This document shows, piece by piece, positions 51,922-63,135 of a stretch of DNA of 64,000 nucleotides. A program made the translations under genes and the position numbers. Under the pieces are notes generated by a model that was not told where the DNA came from, ran no database searches, and saw only the letters and a list, made by a program, of their open reading frames with translations. The stretch lies in NCBI RefSeq assembly GCF_024502345.1, contig NZ_JALDNN010000001.1; one strand, given 5' to 3'. Every line of letters begins with the position of its first letter. Positions within the stretch are counted from its first letter, which is position 1. Source of the stretch: Escherichia coli (lineage in GTDB: Bacteria; Pseudomonadota; Gammaproteobacteria; Enterobacterales; Enterobacteriaceae).

Positions 51922-52635
51922 TTATTTGTTTTGGAAATGTTTGTTTTTTCCCGGTAGTGATTTGTCAAAAAAAGTGATTAATCGATCACTTAATGGCGTC
52001 AGCAACACCCAGGGCAAACCGATCAATATCACGGTCATCGAACCGACAATGATGTCAGTAAACCAGTGTGCGCCAATCATTACTCTGGGAAACGCAAAAA
52101 CCACAAAAATAATAAGGGCGATAAGACCTGCAACTTTGCCGAAATAACGCCACATGAATGCCGAAAAAATAAGCAGCATCATGCCGTGATCGCCGGGAAA
52201 GCTATCTCGTGAGGCATCTTTCGTGGGAACAGAGAGCAGTTCGCTGACGCGGTTAATATCGGTAAAAGTCAATGTTGGGCTGGCCCGTTTTACAGGAATT
52301 AATGCCTGACCCAGCTGGTTTAATACCACTGCAGTTAATAGCATGACCAGACCAATAATCACGATACGTCGTCTGCCAGGGGCGTTTTCTTTCAGCCAGA
52401 AACTCAGCATCAACATACCCATCGCCAGCAGTGAACAACCGTCGAAGGCGCGATTGTTGGTCAATGCAACCAGCCACAAAAAGGCCTTACTTTCGACCAG
52501 TTTCTGATTAAAGAAATAAAAAATATCCGCATCAATCGGCAACCAGAATCCATGATTAACGGGAATATACCAGGAAAGAAACAGCGCGAGGCCGACAATA
52601 TTCAACAACACTATTTGCGGCAAATTTTTAATCAT
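51922..52635 (-). CDS. lpxT: lipid A 1-diphosphate synthase (undecaprenyl-PP phosphotransferase)
   Basis: 237 aa from MIKNLPQIVLLN; PAP2 family membrane protein. Confidence 0.9.
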   Translation of the reverse strand: MIKNLPQIVLLNIVGLALFLSWYIPVNHGFWLPIDADIFYFFNQKLVESKAFLWLVALTNNRAFDGCSLLAMGMLMLSFWLKENAPGRRRIVIIGLVMLLTAVVLNQLGQALIPVKRASPTLTFTDINRVSELLSVPTKDASRDSFPGDHGMMLLIFSAFMWRYFGKVAGLIALIIFVVFAFPRVMIGAHWFTDIIVGSMTVILIGLPWVLLTPLSDRLITFFDKSLPGKNKHFQNK

Positions 52636-52673
52636 ATTTTCTCTAATTATCTTACTGAAAAACGCAGGCAACC

Positions 52674-53660
52674 TTACGCGGTAGTCGCTAAACGAAGCTT
52701 CAACAGCGCGCTCTGCAAGGCATTCCAGTCAGCTTCGCTGCTGGAAATCAGCTCAATACGACTGTCCGGTGGCGCAACGTTTTGCGTTTCAATGTGCAGG
52801 TCATCGCCCTGACGGTTGATTCGCACCAGCCCTTCGGGAATACGCAGCACGCCTTTGACGCGTTCCACCGGTGCAAGTCGCGCCCATTCCAGAATGCCAA
52901 TGGTGTCGAATACCGTATCAGCGTCGAATATCCAGCCGCAGGCCTGATGTCCTTGTCCACTGTTCAGACTGCGACGCCAGCGTTGATGCTCTGGCAGGCT
53001 TAACGCTGCTAACCCTTTTTTCACGACATGCTGATGAGAATGCGCGGCGCTGGCGGGCAACTCGGCTAAATTGCGACGCGGCAAATCCAGAAGATGACCG
53101 TCAACTTTCCCATGCTCACTGTGAATTAATTGCCGATCGCCACCATTTTGCTGCCACCAGCGCTGTAGCGCTTGCTCGCTTTCAGGTGTCGCACGGTCGG
53201 ATTTATTGGCGACAATGATGTCTGCGGCAGCCAGCTGGTCACGGAAGTTTTCATTGCTGGCGCTTTTTTCGTCCAGCAGCAGGCGTGGATCGAGAATGCA
53301 CAACGTGGCGCGTAGATCTATCCACGGTTCATAGACTGGTGCGGTTAAGAGATCGAGGATCTGTTTCGGATGGCCCAGCCCGGTCGGCTCTATCAACAAG
53401 CGGTCTGGTTTTCCCTGACGCAGTAAGGTATTCAACCCTACCTGCATGGGTAAACCATTAACGCAGCACATGCAGCCGCCGGGGATCTCTTTCAGCAGTG
53501 CGCCGCTATCGGCGAGCAAAGCACCATCAATTCCGACTTCCCCAAATTCATTAACCAGTACCGCCCATTTTTCGTTGGGATCTTTATGGGCTAACAGATG
53601 AAGAATCGACGTGGTTTTCCCGCTGCCGAGAAAACCGGTGATGAGGTTGGTCCTGGTCAC
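52674..53660 (-). CDS. yeiR: zinc-binding GTPase of the CobW/COG0523 family
   Basis: 328 aa; GFLGSGKTT P-loop; CxCC motif. Confidence 0.9.
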   Translation of the reverse strand: MTRTNLITGFLGSGKTTSILHLLAHKDPNEKWAVLVNEFGEVGIDGALLADSGALLKEIPGGCMCCVNGLPMQVGLNTLLRQGKPDRLLIEPTGLGHPKQILDLLTAPVYEPWIDLRATLCILDPRLLLDEKSASNENFRDQLAAADIIVANKSDRATPESEQALQRWWQQNGGDRQLIHSEHGKVDGHLLDLPRRNLAELPASAAHSHQHVVKKGLAALSLPEHQRWRRSLNSGQGHQACGWIFDADTVFDTIGILEWARLAPVERVKGVLRIPEGLVRINRQGDDLHIETQNVAPPDSRIELISSSEADWNALQSALLKLRLATTA

Positions 53661-53777
53661 AACGGCTCCGCAATACTCTGGTAAGTTAACTGAGCGTTAA
53701 TCCTGGCTAAAAACGGCAGAAAAGAGAAGGGGAGAGCGGACTAAGGCGAGCTTCATCCGCTTTAACCGCAGAAATCG

Positions 53778-55244
53778 TTAAATTTTGAGGGTGTTTAATA
53801 GCGCCTGATGCGCGCCGAATTGTGCGATTTGTTGCCAGGCTTGTTCGATGGCCTGCACAAAATGCGGGTTATCTGGCAGATCATCACCGAAAACTTCACG
53901 CAGGGAAAGCAGGGCGGTGACGCGTTGTTCACTGCTGCTGCCCGCAACAAGTTCGCGAATTTTATCGCTAAGCGGATCGCGAACATCAATGGCATTTCCG
54001 GCATCATCAACGCCGCTGACGTAACGCATCCAGCCTGCAACGCCTAATGCCAGCAACGACCAGTCCGTTTCGCGCCCCAGATGTATGCGAATACCTGCCA
54101 GCATGCGTTGCGGTAATTTCTGGCTGCCATCCATCGCGATTTGCCAGGTCTTATGTTTCAGCGCCGGATTAGCAAAACGTGCAATTAACTTATCCGCATA
54201 TTGTGTTAAATCGACATCTTTAATCCGCAGTGTCGGCGCTTGCTCATCCAGCATTAATGTTCTGTCGGCATGGCGAAATGCGCGATCCTGCATGCAATCA
54301 CTGATATGGGCGAATCCTGAGAGGTAACCCAGATAAGCGAGAAAAGAGTGGCTGCCATTAAGCATCCGCAGTTTCATCTCTTCCCATGGCAGGACATCAT
54401 TCACCATTTGTACACCTGCGACTTCCCAGGCAGGACGCCCAGCGACGAAGTTATCTTCCACTACCCACTGGATAAACGGTTCGCAGCTAATCGCGCAGGG
54501 ATCATTCACCCCCAGATGCTGGCTGATTTCCGCCAGTGATTCGTCGGTTGCAGCCGGAACAATGCGGTCGACCATGGTTCCCGGAAAACTGACGTGTTCT
54601 TTTATCCACCCGGCGAGTTCTGGCGAACGTTTTTCTGCCATTCCCAGCACCGCGTTTTTCACCACATGGCCATTGTCGGGAATATTGTCGCAGGAGAGCA
54701 CGGTAAACGGTGTAAGGCCGCGCTCACGGCGGCGTTTCAGTGCTTCGACGAGAATACCCGGTGCGGAGTGAGGTTCTTCAGGGGTTTGTAGATCGTGAAT
54801 AATCCGCGGATTGCTGGTGTCGAGTGCACCGGTGGCCGGGTCAATACAATAGCCTTTTTCGGTAATCGTCAGGGAAACAATTGCCACCTGTGGCTCGCAA
54901 AATTTCTCAATAATTGCCGCTAAGGAATCCAGTTTTGCATTCAGGCATTCGTGAACGGCACCGACAATTATCGCCTGATTGCCGTCCGCCCCTTTCTCCA
55001 GCACGGTGTATAAATGGTTCTGTGCGCGGAGCTGGCTCATCAGTTGATCACCGCTGAACAAGCTGATTTCACAGATCCCCCAGTCACCGCCCTGGGCATT
55101 CAGCACACGATCGGTCAGTAACGCCTGATGTGCGCGGTGAAAGGCTCCAAAGCCAAAATGAACGATACGTGATTGCAACTGCTGGCGATCGTAGCGTGGA
55201 GCGTGTACATGATGCGGGAGCGTAACGGAGGCGATTGTATTCAT
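53778..55244 (-). CDS. yeiQ: mannitol dehydrogenase-family oxidoreductase
   Basis: 488 aa from MNTIASV; N-terminal Rossmann GFGAFHRAHQA. Confidence 0.9.
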   Translation of the reverse strand: MNTIASVTLPHHVHAPRYDRQQLQSRIVHFGFGAFHRAHQALLTDRVLNAQGGDWGICEISLFSGDQLMSQLRAQNHLYTVLEKGADGNQAIIVGAVHECLNAKLDSLAAIIEKFCEPQVAIVSLTITEKGYCIDPATGALDTSNPRIIHDLQTPEEPHSAPGILVEALKRRRERGLTPFTVLSCDNIPDNGHVVKNAVLGMAEKRSPELAGWIKEHVSFPGTMVDRIVPAATDESLAEISQHLGVNDPCAISCEPFIQWVVEDNFVAGRPAWEVAGVQMVNDVLPWEEMKLRMLNGSHSFLAYLGYLSGFAHISDCMQDRAFRHADRTLMLDEQAPTLRIKDVDLTQYADKLIARFANPALKHKTWQIAMDGSQKLPQRMLAGIRIHLGRETDWSLLALGVAGWMRYVSGVDDAGNAIDVRDPLSDKIRELVAGSSSEQRVTALLSLREVFGDDLPDNPHFVQAIEQAWQQIAQFGAHQALLNTLKI

Positions 55245-55466
55245 AGGAGTCACGTCTTAGTAACGATTAATTAACAATAACAGTGTAAAGTTATATGACA
55301 GCAATTGAAATTGGTCTGGATTGTTAATGCGATGAAGTGTGAGGGCGATCAATCAACGAGTGAATATTGCGGGCGTAAGGTGTTCAGGAAGCGCAAAATA
55401 GAAGATTGGTATAATAAATTAAAAAAGGGACAGCCTGAGCTATCCCTTTTCTGCATGCGGCTGAAG

Positions 55467-56039
55467 TTAGTCAGCACGCCCCATATAACGGCGTTCTTCG
55501 ATATGGATACGAATTTTTTCGCCCGGGCTTAAGTATTCTGGTACCTGAATCACCAGACCAGTGCTCAATGTCGCCGGTTTGTTACGGGCGCTGGCAGATG
55601 CCCCTTTGATGCCTGGTGCGGTTTCAACGATTTCCAGATCAACGGTCTGCGGCAGCTCAAGCGCCAGCAGTTGACCGTCCCAGGTCAGCACCTGCATGTC
55701 CGGCATGCCGCCCTCTGGCATAAACAGCAACTCTTCTTCAATCTGATCTTTGGTGAAGGTATACGGGGTATAGTCTTCTTTATCCATAAAGACATATTCG
55801 TTGCCATCGACATAGGAGAAGTCAACGTAACGGCGGGTCAGCGTCACGGTGTCAACGATATCATCTCCTTTGAAACGCTCTTCTACTTTCAGCCCGGTAC
55901 GGACATCAGAAAAACGCATTTTGTACAGCGTAGCGGCACCGCGGGCAGTGGGCGACTGAATATCAATGTCCTTAACCAGCAGCAGTTTGCCGTTGTAATT
56001 CAGTACCATACCTTTTTTAATTTCGTTCGCTCTTGGCAT
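55467..56039 (-). CDS. yeiP: elongation factor P-like protein
   Basis: 190 aa [22 protein letters not shown]... Confidence 0.95.
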
Positions 56040-56193
56040 CGAAAAATTCCTGTAGTCGAAAATGTCAAAAATATCGCGACAAAGTACTCGCGACGGGCCT
56101 TTCGGGCAAGTGGTATTCGCACTTTTGCTGGTGCAAAAAAGGTGGTACTGTGCGCGCTCATCAATCCGGTGGTTAACCTTAAGAGAACAACGT

Positions 56194-56448
56194 ATGGAAT
56201 GCCGTCCGGGTTGCGGGGCGTGTTGCACTGCCCCTTCAATTTCCAGCCCTATTCCCGGTATGCCAGATGGCAAGCCCGCCAATACGCCCTGCATTCAGCT
56301 TGATGAACAGCAACGCTGTAAAATTTTCACCTCGCCACTGCGGCCGAAAGTCTGTGCAGGCTTACAAGCCAGCGCTGAAATGTGCGGTAACTCGCGTCAG
56401 CAGGCAATGACCTGGCTTATCGATCTGGAAATGCTGACTGCGCCTTAA
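56194..56448 (+). CDS. yeiW: UPF0153 cysteine-cluster protein YeiW
   Basis: 84 aa [18 protein letters not shown]... Confidence 0.85.
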
Positions 56449-57626
56449 ACATCTTTAATCCGCAGTAAGCAAAACAGAGTGGCGATAATCATCACCATCG
56501 CAAACCAGAACACAGCGTGATAATTCCAGATCTCGGCGACGATGCCCGCCACAGATCCTGCGATGATCCAGCCCACGCGCGACGTGTTGGTATAGAGCGT
56601 GGTGGCTGAACCTGCCTGACCGGGCATCAAATCCTGAAAATAGAGCATCCCGATGCCGCCCAGAATGCCAATAAAAATAGCATTTAGCAGCTGCAAGCCC
56701 AACAGAATGGCAGGTGAATGCGCCATCAGCATTCCTGCGTAAAAACAGACGCCACCCACGGCGGCAACGCGCATTAAGAAGCGCTTACCCAGACGTTTGG
56801 CAAAATATCCGGCAATCAACATGGTCGGGATTTCCAGCCCGGCGGCGGTCCCCATCATCACACCGGCCAGTTTCTCGGGAAGATGCAGTTCGTTGATAAT
56901 AAATAGCGGCATGTTGATGATGTACAGGCTGTTCGAGCCCCACATCAATGTACAAATGACAAACAGCAGCAGCGTATCGCGACGGTTACGGCGCGGCGCT
57001 TCAACCGTGCCGGTCGCCAGCGGAAGCTCTTTTTGCATCGACGGTAAAAACAGCCACACCATCACGCCGCAAACAATAAATGCTACCGCTGCGCTCAGAT
57101 ACATTACCGTAAAGCTGAAACCCATCGCTAAGGCATAAGCCAGCGGTGGGCCAATGACCCATGCCAGTGAAACCTGAGCGCGTAAAAAAGAGCTGAACAT
57201 CACCGCCTCACGTCCGGTTTTGTCGGCATGTTCACGGGCAAGGGCAAACATTTGCGGGTTAGCGGTCGAGCCAAAGCTGCTAAGAAAGACGCCAACGAAT
57301 AGCAAAACAAAGTAGTTGCGATTCCAGGCAAAAAGGGTGCAGGCCAGCACGCCTAACAGGCAGCAAAAGACAATCAGCGATTTGCGATCGCCGCGCTTAT
57401 CAGAGCGCCCGGCGAGAAACTGACTCACCAGAATCCCAATGACAGCGCTGCCGGTAAAGAAGAATCCCACCATCGCCGGACGGGCATGTACTTCATCGGT
57501 AAGAAAAATACTGAGTATCGGGGTTTGCAGAGCGCCCGCAATACCGGTGAGAAAGGCAACGATTAAAAACGCCGTCGAGGTCAGGTCAAACGATTTCGCG
57601 CTGGAGACTGCGGGGGAGTTATGCAT
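56445..57626 (-). CDS. setB: sugar efflux MFS transporter SetB
   Basis: 393 aa, 12-TM MFS. Confidence 0.95.
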
Positions 57627-57891
57627 GCTGGTCGATCACTGGAAGAGGAAGACGCGGAGTTTACGCTGCTTGTCAGAAAATAAACAGACAGCGAAATCAA
57701 AAGCGCCACGAATAATCAAAATGCCATTTCACTGTTGCTGATTGGCTGCTGACGCTGCTGAAATGAAATTGCTGATAACGGATTTTCCCATCAGCAATTC
57801 GGAAAAATGACAAAAAATTGTGCAGCACATCAAACTTTTGCTCATAACTTTACGGCTTTCCTTGCGTGCTGAAACAGAAGTATTATGCTTT

Positions 57892-57907
57892 CTTGAAACG
57901 TTTCAGC
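57892..57907. promoter_or_regulatory. Cra (FruR) operator 1 of the fruBKA promoter
   Basis: cttgaaacgtttcagc palindrome matching the Cra consensus. Confidence 0.75.
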
Positions 57908-57958
57908 GCGATCTTGTCTTTAACCCTAAGCCAGGTTGGCGCTTTTTTTCTCATAGAA

Positions 57959-57979
57959 GCTGAATCGTTTCAATTCAGC
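57959..57979. promoter_or_regulatory. Cra (FruR) operator 2
   Basis: gctgaatcgtttcaattcagc just upstream of fruB SD. Confidence 0.7.
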
Positions 57980-57993
57980 AAGAGAGGAGAACT

Positions 57994-59124
57994 ATGTTCC
58001 AGTTATCCGTACAGGACATCCATCCGGGCGAAAAGGCCGGAGACAAAGAAGAGGCGATTCGCCAGGTCGCTGCGGCGCTGGTGCAGGCCGGTAATGTAGC
58101 AGAAGGCTACGTCAATGGCATGCTGGCGCGCGAACAGCAAACCTCAACGTTCCTCGGCAATGGTATTGCTATTCCACACGGCACTACCGACACCCGCGAT
58201 CAGGTGCTGAAAACCGGCGTTCAGGTATTTCAGTTCCCGGAAGGCGTCACTTGGGGTGACGGTCAGGTAGCGTACGTAGCGATCGGTATTGCTGCCAGCT
58301 CGGATGAGCATCTGGGCCTGCTACGCCAGCTGACCCACGTACTGAGCGATGATTCCGTTGCTGAACAACTGAAGTCAGCAACAACAGCAGAAGAACTTCG
58401 CGCATTGCTGATGGGCGAAAAGCAGAGTGAGCAGCTGAAGCTCGACAACGAAATGCTGACGCTGGATATCGTCGCCAGCGATCTGCTGACTCTTCAGGCG
58501 CTGAACGCTGCGCGTCTGAAAGAAGCGGGGGCAGTTGACGCCACTTTCGTCACCAAAGCCATCAATGAACAACCGCTGAACCTCGGACAGGGCATCTGGC
58601 TGAGCGATAGCGCCGAAGGCAATTTGCGTAGCGCGATTGCTGTAAGCCGTGCGGCAAATGCTTTTGATGTGGACGGCGAAACGGCAGCCATGCTGGTGAG
58701 TGTGGCGATGAATGACGATCAGCCCATTGCGGTTCTTAAGCGTCTCGCTGATTTGTTGCTCGACAATAAAGCTGACCGCTTGCTGAAAGCGGATGCGGCA
58801 ACGTTGCTGGCGCTGCTGACCAGCGATGATGCGCCGACCGACGACGTGTTAAGCGCGGAGTTTGTGGTGCGCAATGAACACGGCCTGCATGCTCGTCCAG
58901 GTACCATGCTGGTCAACACCATTAAACAATTTAACAGTGATATTACCGTGACAAACCTTGATGGCACCGGCAAACCGGCAAACGGACGTAGTCTGATGAA
59001 AGTTGTGGCACTTGGCGTTAAGAAAGGTCATCGCCTACGCTTTACCGCCCAGGGTGCAGATGCTGAACAGGCGCTGAAAGCAATCGGCGACGCTATCGCT
59101 GCTGGTCTTGGGGAGGGCGCATAA
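57994..59124 (+). CDS. fruB: fructose PTS diphosphoryl transfer protein (EIIA-M-HPr fusion)
   Basis: 376 aa. Confidence 0.95.
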
Positions 59125-60062
59125 TGAGCAGACGTGTTGCTACTATCACCCTTAATCCGGCTTATGACCTTGTTGGTTTCTGCCCGGAAATTGAACGCGG
59201 CGAAGTGAACCTGGTGAAAACCACCGGTCTGCATGCGGCGGGTAAAGGCATCAACGTGGCCAAAGTATTAAAAGACCTGGGAATTGATGTCACCGTTGGC
59301 GGCTTCCTCGGTAAAGACAATCAGGATGGTTTTCAGCAACTGTTCAGCGAGCTGGGCATTGCCAACCGTTTCCAGGTTGTACAGGGGCGCACCCGAATTA
59401 ACGTTAAGCTGACGGAAAAAGACGGCGAAGTGACCGACTTCAACTTCTCGGGTTTTGAAGTCACTCCCGCCGACTGGGAACGCTTTGTGACTGATTCTCT
59501 GAGCTGGCTCGGTCAGTTCGATATGGTCTGTGTCAGCGGAAGCTTACCGTCAGGCGTCAGCCCGGAAGCGTTCACCGACTGGATGACTCGCCTGCGTAGT
59601 CAGTGCCCTTGCATTATCTTTGATAGTAGCCGTGAAGCGTTAGTAGCAGGTTTGAAAGCGGCACCGTGGCTGGTGAAACCTAATCGCCGCGAGCTGGAAA
59701 TCTGGGCAGGCCGTAAACTGCCTGAAATGAAAGATGTGATTGAAGCTGCGCATGCGCTGCGTGAACAAGGTATTGCGCATGTCGTTATTTCACTGGGTGC
59801 CGAAGGCGCGCTTTGGGTTAATGCCTCCGGCGAATGGATCGCCAAACCACCGTCAGTCGATGTCGTAAGCACCGTTGGCGCAGGGGATTCTATGGTTGGT
59901 GGCCTGATTTATGGCTTGCTAATGCGTGAATCCAGTGAACACACACTGCGTCTGGCGACTGCTGTTGCAGCCCTGGCGGTAAGTCAAAGCAATGTGGGTA
60001 TTACCGATCGTCCGCAGTTGGCCGCAATGATGGCGCGCGTCGACTTACAACCTTTTAACTGA
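59124..60062 (+). CDS. fruK: 1-phosphofructokinase
   Basis: 312 aa, PfkB family. Confidence 0.95.
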   Translation: MSRRVATITLNPAYDLVGFCPEIERGEVNLVKTTGLHAAGKGINVAKVLKDLGIDVTVGGFLGKDNQDGFQQLFSELGIANRFQVVQGRTRINVKLTEKDGEVTDFNFSGFEVTPADWERFVTDSLSWLGQFDMVCVSGSLPSGVSPEAFTDWMTRLRSQCPCIIFDSSREALVAGLKAAPWLVKPNRRELEIWAGRKLPEMKDVIEAAHALREQGIAHVVISLGAEGALWVNASGEWIAKPPSVDVVSTVGAGDSMVGGLIYGLLMRESSEHTLRLATAVAALAVSQSNVGITDRPQLAAMMARVDLQPFN

Positions 60063-60078
60063 CAGCAGGAGAGGCATA

Positions 60079-61770
60079 ATGAAAACGCTGCTGATTATTG
60101 ACGCTAATCTCGGTCAGGCACGCGCCTATATGGCGAAGACCCTGCTGGGCGCGGCGGCGCGAAAAGCAAAACTGGAAATCATCGACAATCCGAACGACGC
60201 AGAAATGGCGATTGTTCTCGGTGATTCCATCCCGAACGACAGCGCGCTGAACGGTAAAAATATCTGGCTGGGCGATATTTCCCGGGCAGTTGCGCACCCT
60301 GAGCTGTTCCTGAGTGAAGCCAAAGGCCATGCGAAACCTTACACTGCGCCGGTCGCTGCGACAGCACCGGTTGCCGCCAGCGGTCCGAAACGCGTAGTTG
60401 CGGTGACTGCTTGCCCGACTGGCGTAGCACACACCTTTATGGCGGCTGAAGCCATTGAAACCGAAGCGAAAAAACGTGGCTGGTGGGTGAAAGTTGAAAC
60501 CCGTGGTTCTGTTGGTGCGGGTAATGCAATCACTCCCGAAGAAGTAGCCGCAGCGGATCTGGTGATTGTGGCGGCAGATATCGAAGTGGATCTGGCGAAA
60601 TTTGCTGGTAAACCGATGTATCGTACCTCTACCGGTCTGGCGCTGAAGAAAACCGCGCAGGAACTGGATAAAGCGGTTGCTGAAGCAACGCCGTATGAAC
60701 CGGCGGGCAAAGCTCAAACGGCGACCTCTGAAGGTAAGAAAGAGAGTGCAGGCGCATACCGTCACTTGCTGACGGGCGTCTCTTACATGCTGCCGATGGT
60801 CGTTGCAGGTGGTCTGTGTATCGCGCTTTCTTTTGCTTTTGGTATCGAAGCGTTTAAAGAGCCGGGTACGTTGGCAGCGGCGCTGATGCAGATTGGTGGT
60901 GGTTCAGCCTTTGCGCTGATGGTGCCGGTACTGGCAGGTTACATTGCCTTCTCCATTGCCGATCGTCCGGGCCTCACGCCGGGTCTGATTGGCGGTATGC
61001 TGGCGGTCAGCACCGGTTCTGGCTTTATTGGCGGTATTATTGCGGGCTTCCTGGCTGGTTACATTGCGAAGTTAATTAGTACGCAACTGAAACTGCCACA
61101 GAGTATGGAGGCGCTGAAACCAATCCTGATCATTCCGCTAATTTCCAGTCTGGTGGTCGGTCTGGCGATGATCTACCTGATCGGTAAACCAGTTGCTGGC
61201 ATTCTCGAAGGGTTGACTCACTGGCTGCAGACCATGGGGACTGCGAATGCGGTTCTGCTGGGGGCGATCCTCGGTGGCATGATGTGTACTGACATGGGCG
61301 GTCCGGTAAATAAAGCAGCGTACGCATTCGGTGTGGGTCTGCTGAGTACTCAAACCTATGGCCCGATGGCGGCGATTATGGCGGCAGGTATGGTGCCACC
61401 GCTGGCAATGGGCCTGGCAACAATGGTGGCGCGTCGCAAATTCGACAAAGCGCAGCAGGAAGGTGGCAAAGCCGCTCTGGTACTGGGACTGTGCTTTATT
61501 TCGGAAGGTGCAATTCCGTTTGCTGCTCGTGATCCGATGCGTGTGCTGCCGTGCTGTATCGTGGGTGGGGCGCTGACTGGCGCAATCTCAATGGCGATTG
61601 GTGCGAAACTGATGGCACCGCACGGTGGTCTGTTTGTTCTGCTGATCCCTGGCGCTATTACGCCGGTACTGGGTTACCTGGTAGCAATTATTGCCGGTAC
61701 GCTGGTGGCGGGTTTGGCCTATGCCTTCCTGAAACGTCCGGAAGTGGACGCAGTAGCGAAAGCCGCGTAA
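60079..61770 (+). CDS. fruA: fructose PTS EIIB'BC component
   Basis: 563 aa. Confidence 0.95.
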   Translation: MKTLLIIDANLGQARAYMAKTLLGAAARKAKLEIIDNPNDAEMAIVLGDSIPNDSALNGKNIWLGDISRAVAHPELFLSEAKGHAKPYTAPVAATAPVAASGPKRVVAVTACPTGVAHTFMAAEAIETEAKKRGWWVKVETRGSVGAGNAITPEEVAAADLVIVAADIEVDLAKFAGKPMYRTSTGLALKKTAQELDKAVAEATPYEPAGKAQTATSEGKKESAGAYRHLLTGVSYMLPMVVAGGLCIALSFAFGIEAFKEPGTLAAALMQIGGGSAFALMVPVLAGYIAFSIADRPGLTPGLIGGMLAVSTGSGFIGGIIAGFLAGYIAKLISTQLKLPQSMEALKPILIIPLISSLVVGLAMIYLIGKPVAGILEGLTHWLQTMGTANAVLLGAILGGMMCTDMGGPVNKAAYAFGVGLLSTQTYGPMAAIMAAGMVPPLAMGLATMVARRKFDKAQQEGGKAALVLGLCFISEGAIPFAARDPMRVLPCCIVGGALTGAISMAIGAKLMAPHGGLFVLLIPGAITPVLGYLVAIIAGTLVAGLAYAFLKRPEVDAVAKAA

Positions 61771-61783
61771 TAAAAGGTGTGTT

Positions 61784-61812
61784 ACAGGGCAGAAATTTAC
61801 TGCCCTGTATCA
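61784..61812 (+). terminator. hairpin terminator after fruA
   Basis: acagggca-gaaatttac-tgccctgt. Confidence 0.5.
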
Positions 61813-62092
61813 TTGGATGAGCGCAAAGAGAATGACCGGTTTGTGAATGTAATTTTATGAATTTAAATGGTTTTATCTTTCAGTAGAAACCTGAAACGTT
61901 CATCAAATACTAAGGTTATTTCCTCAAGGGCAGATTCTTTTCTGCCCTTTTTTAGTGTTCATGTTCTGTGCATCCCGTCACAAATTCCTCGCTTTTGTAA
62001 TTCAGGCATTTAATCGCATTTTGTGAGCCTGCTCAAATCTGCCCATTTTGCCTCTCTGGCGGTAATTTACTTTACGTAAAACATGCATACTA

Positions 62093-62126
62093 TGAGCACA
62101 TGTTTAAATATGAACACATGTTTAAA
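62093..62126. repeat. Tandem 16-bp direct repeat upstream of psuK (possible operator)
   Basis: tgagcacatgtttaaa-ta-tgaacacatgtttaaa; each unit has a palindromic ACATGT core. Confidence 0.5.
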
Positions 62127-62193
62127 CCGTCTTTGCAGTATCTATATTCTTGTGGATTGACAGGGTTGGTAATTTTTTACCAGAGGACGTGCT

Positions 62194-63135
62194 ATGCGCG
62201 AAAAGGATTATGTCGTAATTATAGGTTCGGCGAATATTGATGTCGCCGGATATTCACATGAATCATTAAATTATGCGGATTCAAATCCAGGTAAAATAAA
62301 ATTTACGCCTGGTGGGGTAGGGCGAAATATTGCACAAAACCTGGCGTTGCTGGGTAACAAAGCCTGGCTACTGAGCGCAGTAGGCAGTGATTTTTATGGT
62401 CAATCGCTGCTAACGCAAACCAATCAATCTGGCGTTTATGTCGATAAATGCCTGATTGTGCCGGGAGAAAATACGTCGAGCTATTTATCATTACTCAATA
62501 ATACCGGTGAAATGCTGGTTGCTATAAATGACATGAATATTAGCAACGCTATTACAGCTGAATATCTCGCACAGCACCGTGAATTTATTCAGAGGGCAAA
62601 GGTCATTGTCGCGGACTGTAATATCAGTGAAGAGGCACTGGCATGGATTCTGGATAATGCTGCCAACGTACCCGTATTTGTCGATCCGGTTTCAGCGTGG
62701 AAATGTGTCAAAGTGCGCGACCGTCTAAATCAGATCCACACTCTCAAGCCAAACCGCCTTGAAGCGGAAACCCTGAGTGGGATTGCGCTGTCAGGGCGTG
62801 AAGATGTGGCAAAAGTTGCTGCCTGGTTCCATCAACATGGCCTGAACCGACTGGTATTGAGCATGGGCGGCGATGGCGTTTATTACAGTGATATCAGCGG
62901 TGAAAGTGGCTGGTCTGCCCCGATCAAAACCAATGTTATTAATGTTACCGGAGCGGGCGATGCCATGATGGCGGGACTTGCTTCGTGTTGGGTAGACGGA
63001 ATGCCGTTTGCCGAATCTGTTCGTTTCGCACAGGGATGTTCGTCAATGGCGCTCTCCTGTGAATACACCAATAACCCCGATTTATCGATTGCCAACGTTA
63101 TATCGTTAGTGGAGAACGCAGAATGTCTGAATTAA
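62194..63135 (+). CDS. psuK: pseudouridine kinase
   Basis: 313 aa, PfkB-family carbohydrate kinase. Confidence 0.9.
   Translation: MREKDYVVIIGSANIDVAGYSHESLNYADSNPGKIKFTPGGVGRNIAQNLALLGNKAWLLSAVGSDFYGQSLLTQTNQSGVYVDKCLIVPGENTSSYLSLLNNTGEMLVAINDMNISNAITAEYLAQHREFIQRAKVIVADCNISEEALAWILDNAANVPVFVDPVSAWKCVKVRDRLNQIHTLKPNRLEAETLSGIALSGREDVAKVAAWFHQHGLNRLVLSMGGDGVYYSDISGESGWSAPIKTNVINVTGAGDAMMAGLASCWVDGMPFAESVRFAQGCSSMALSCEYTNNPDLSIANVISLVENAECLN

Noticed and set aside
51836-52147. Plus-strand 103-aa ORF upstream of and overlapping lpxT
   Set aside because: Overlaps the lpxT 3' region antisense and its AT-rich intergenic promoter region; no RBS, likely spurious.
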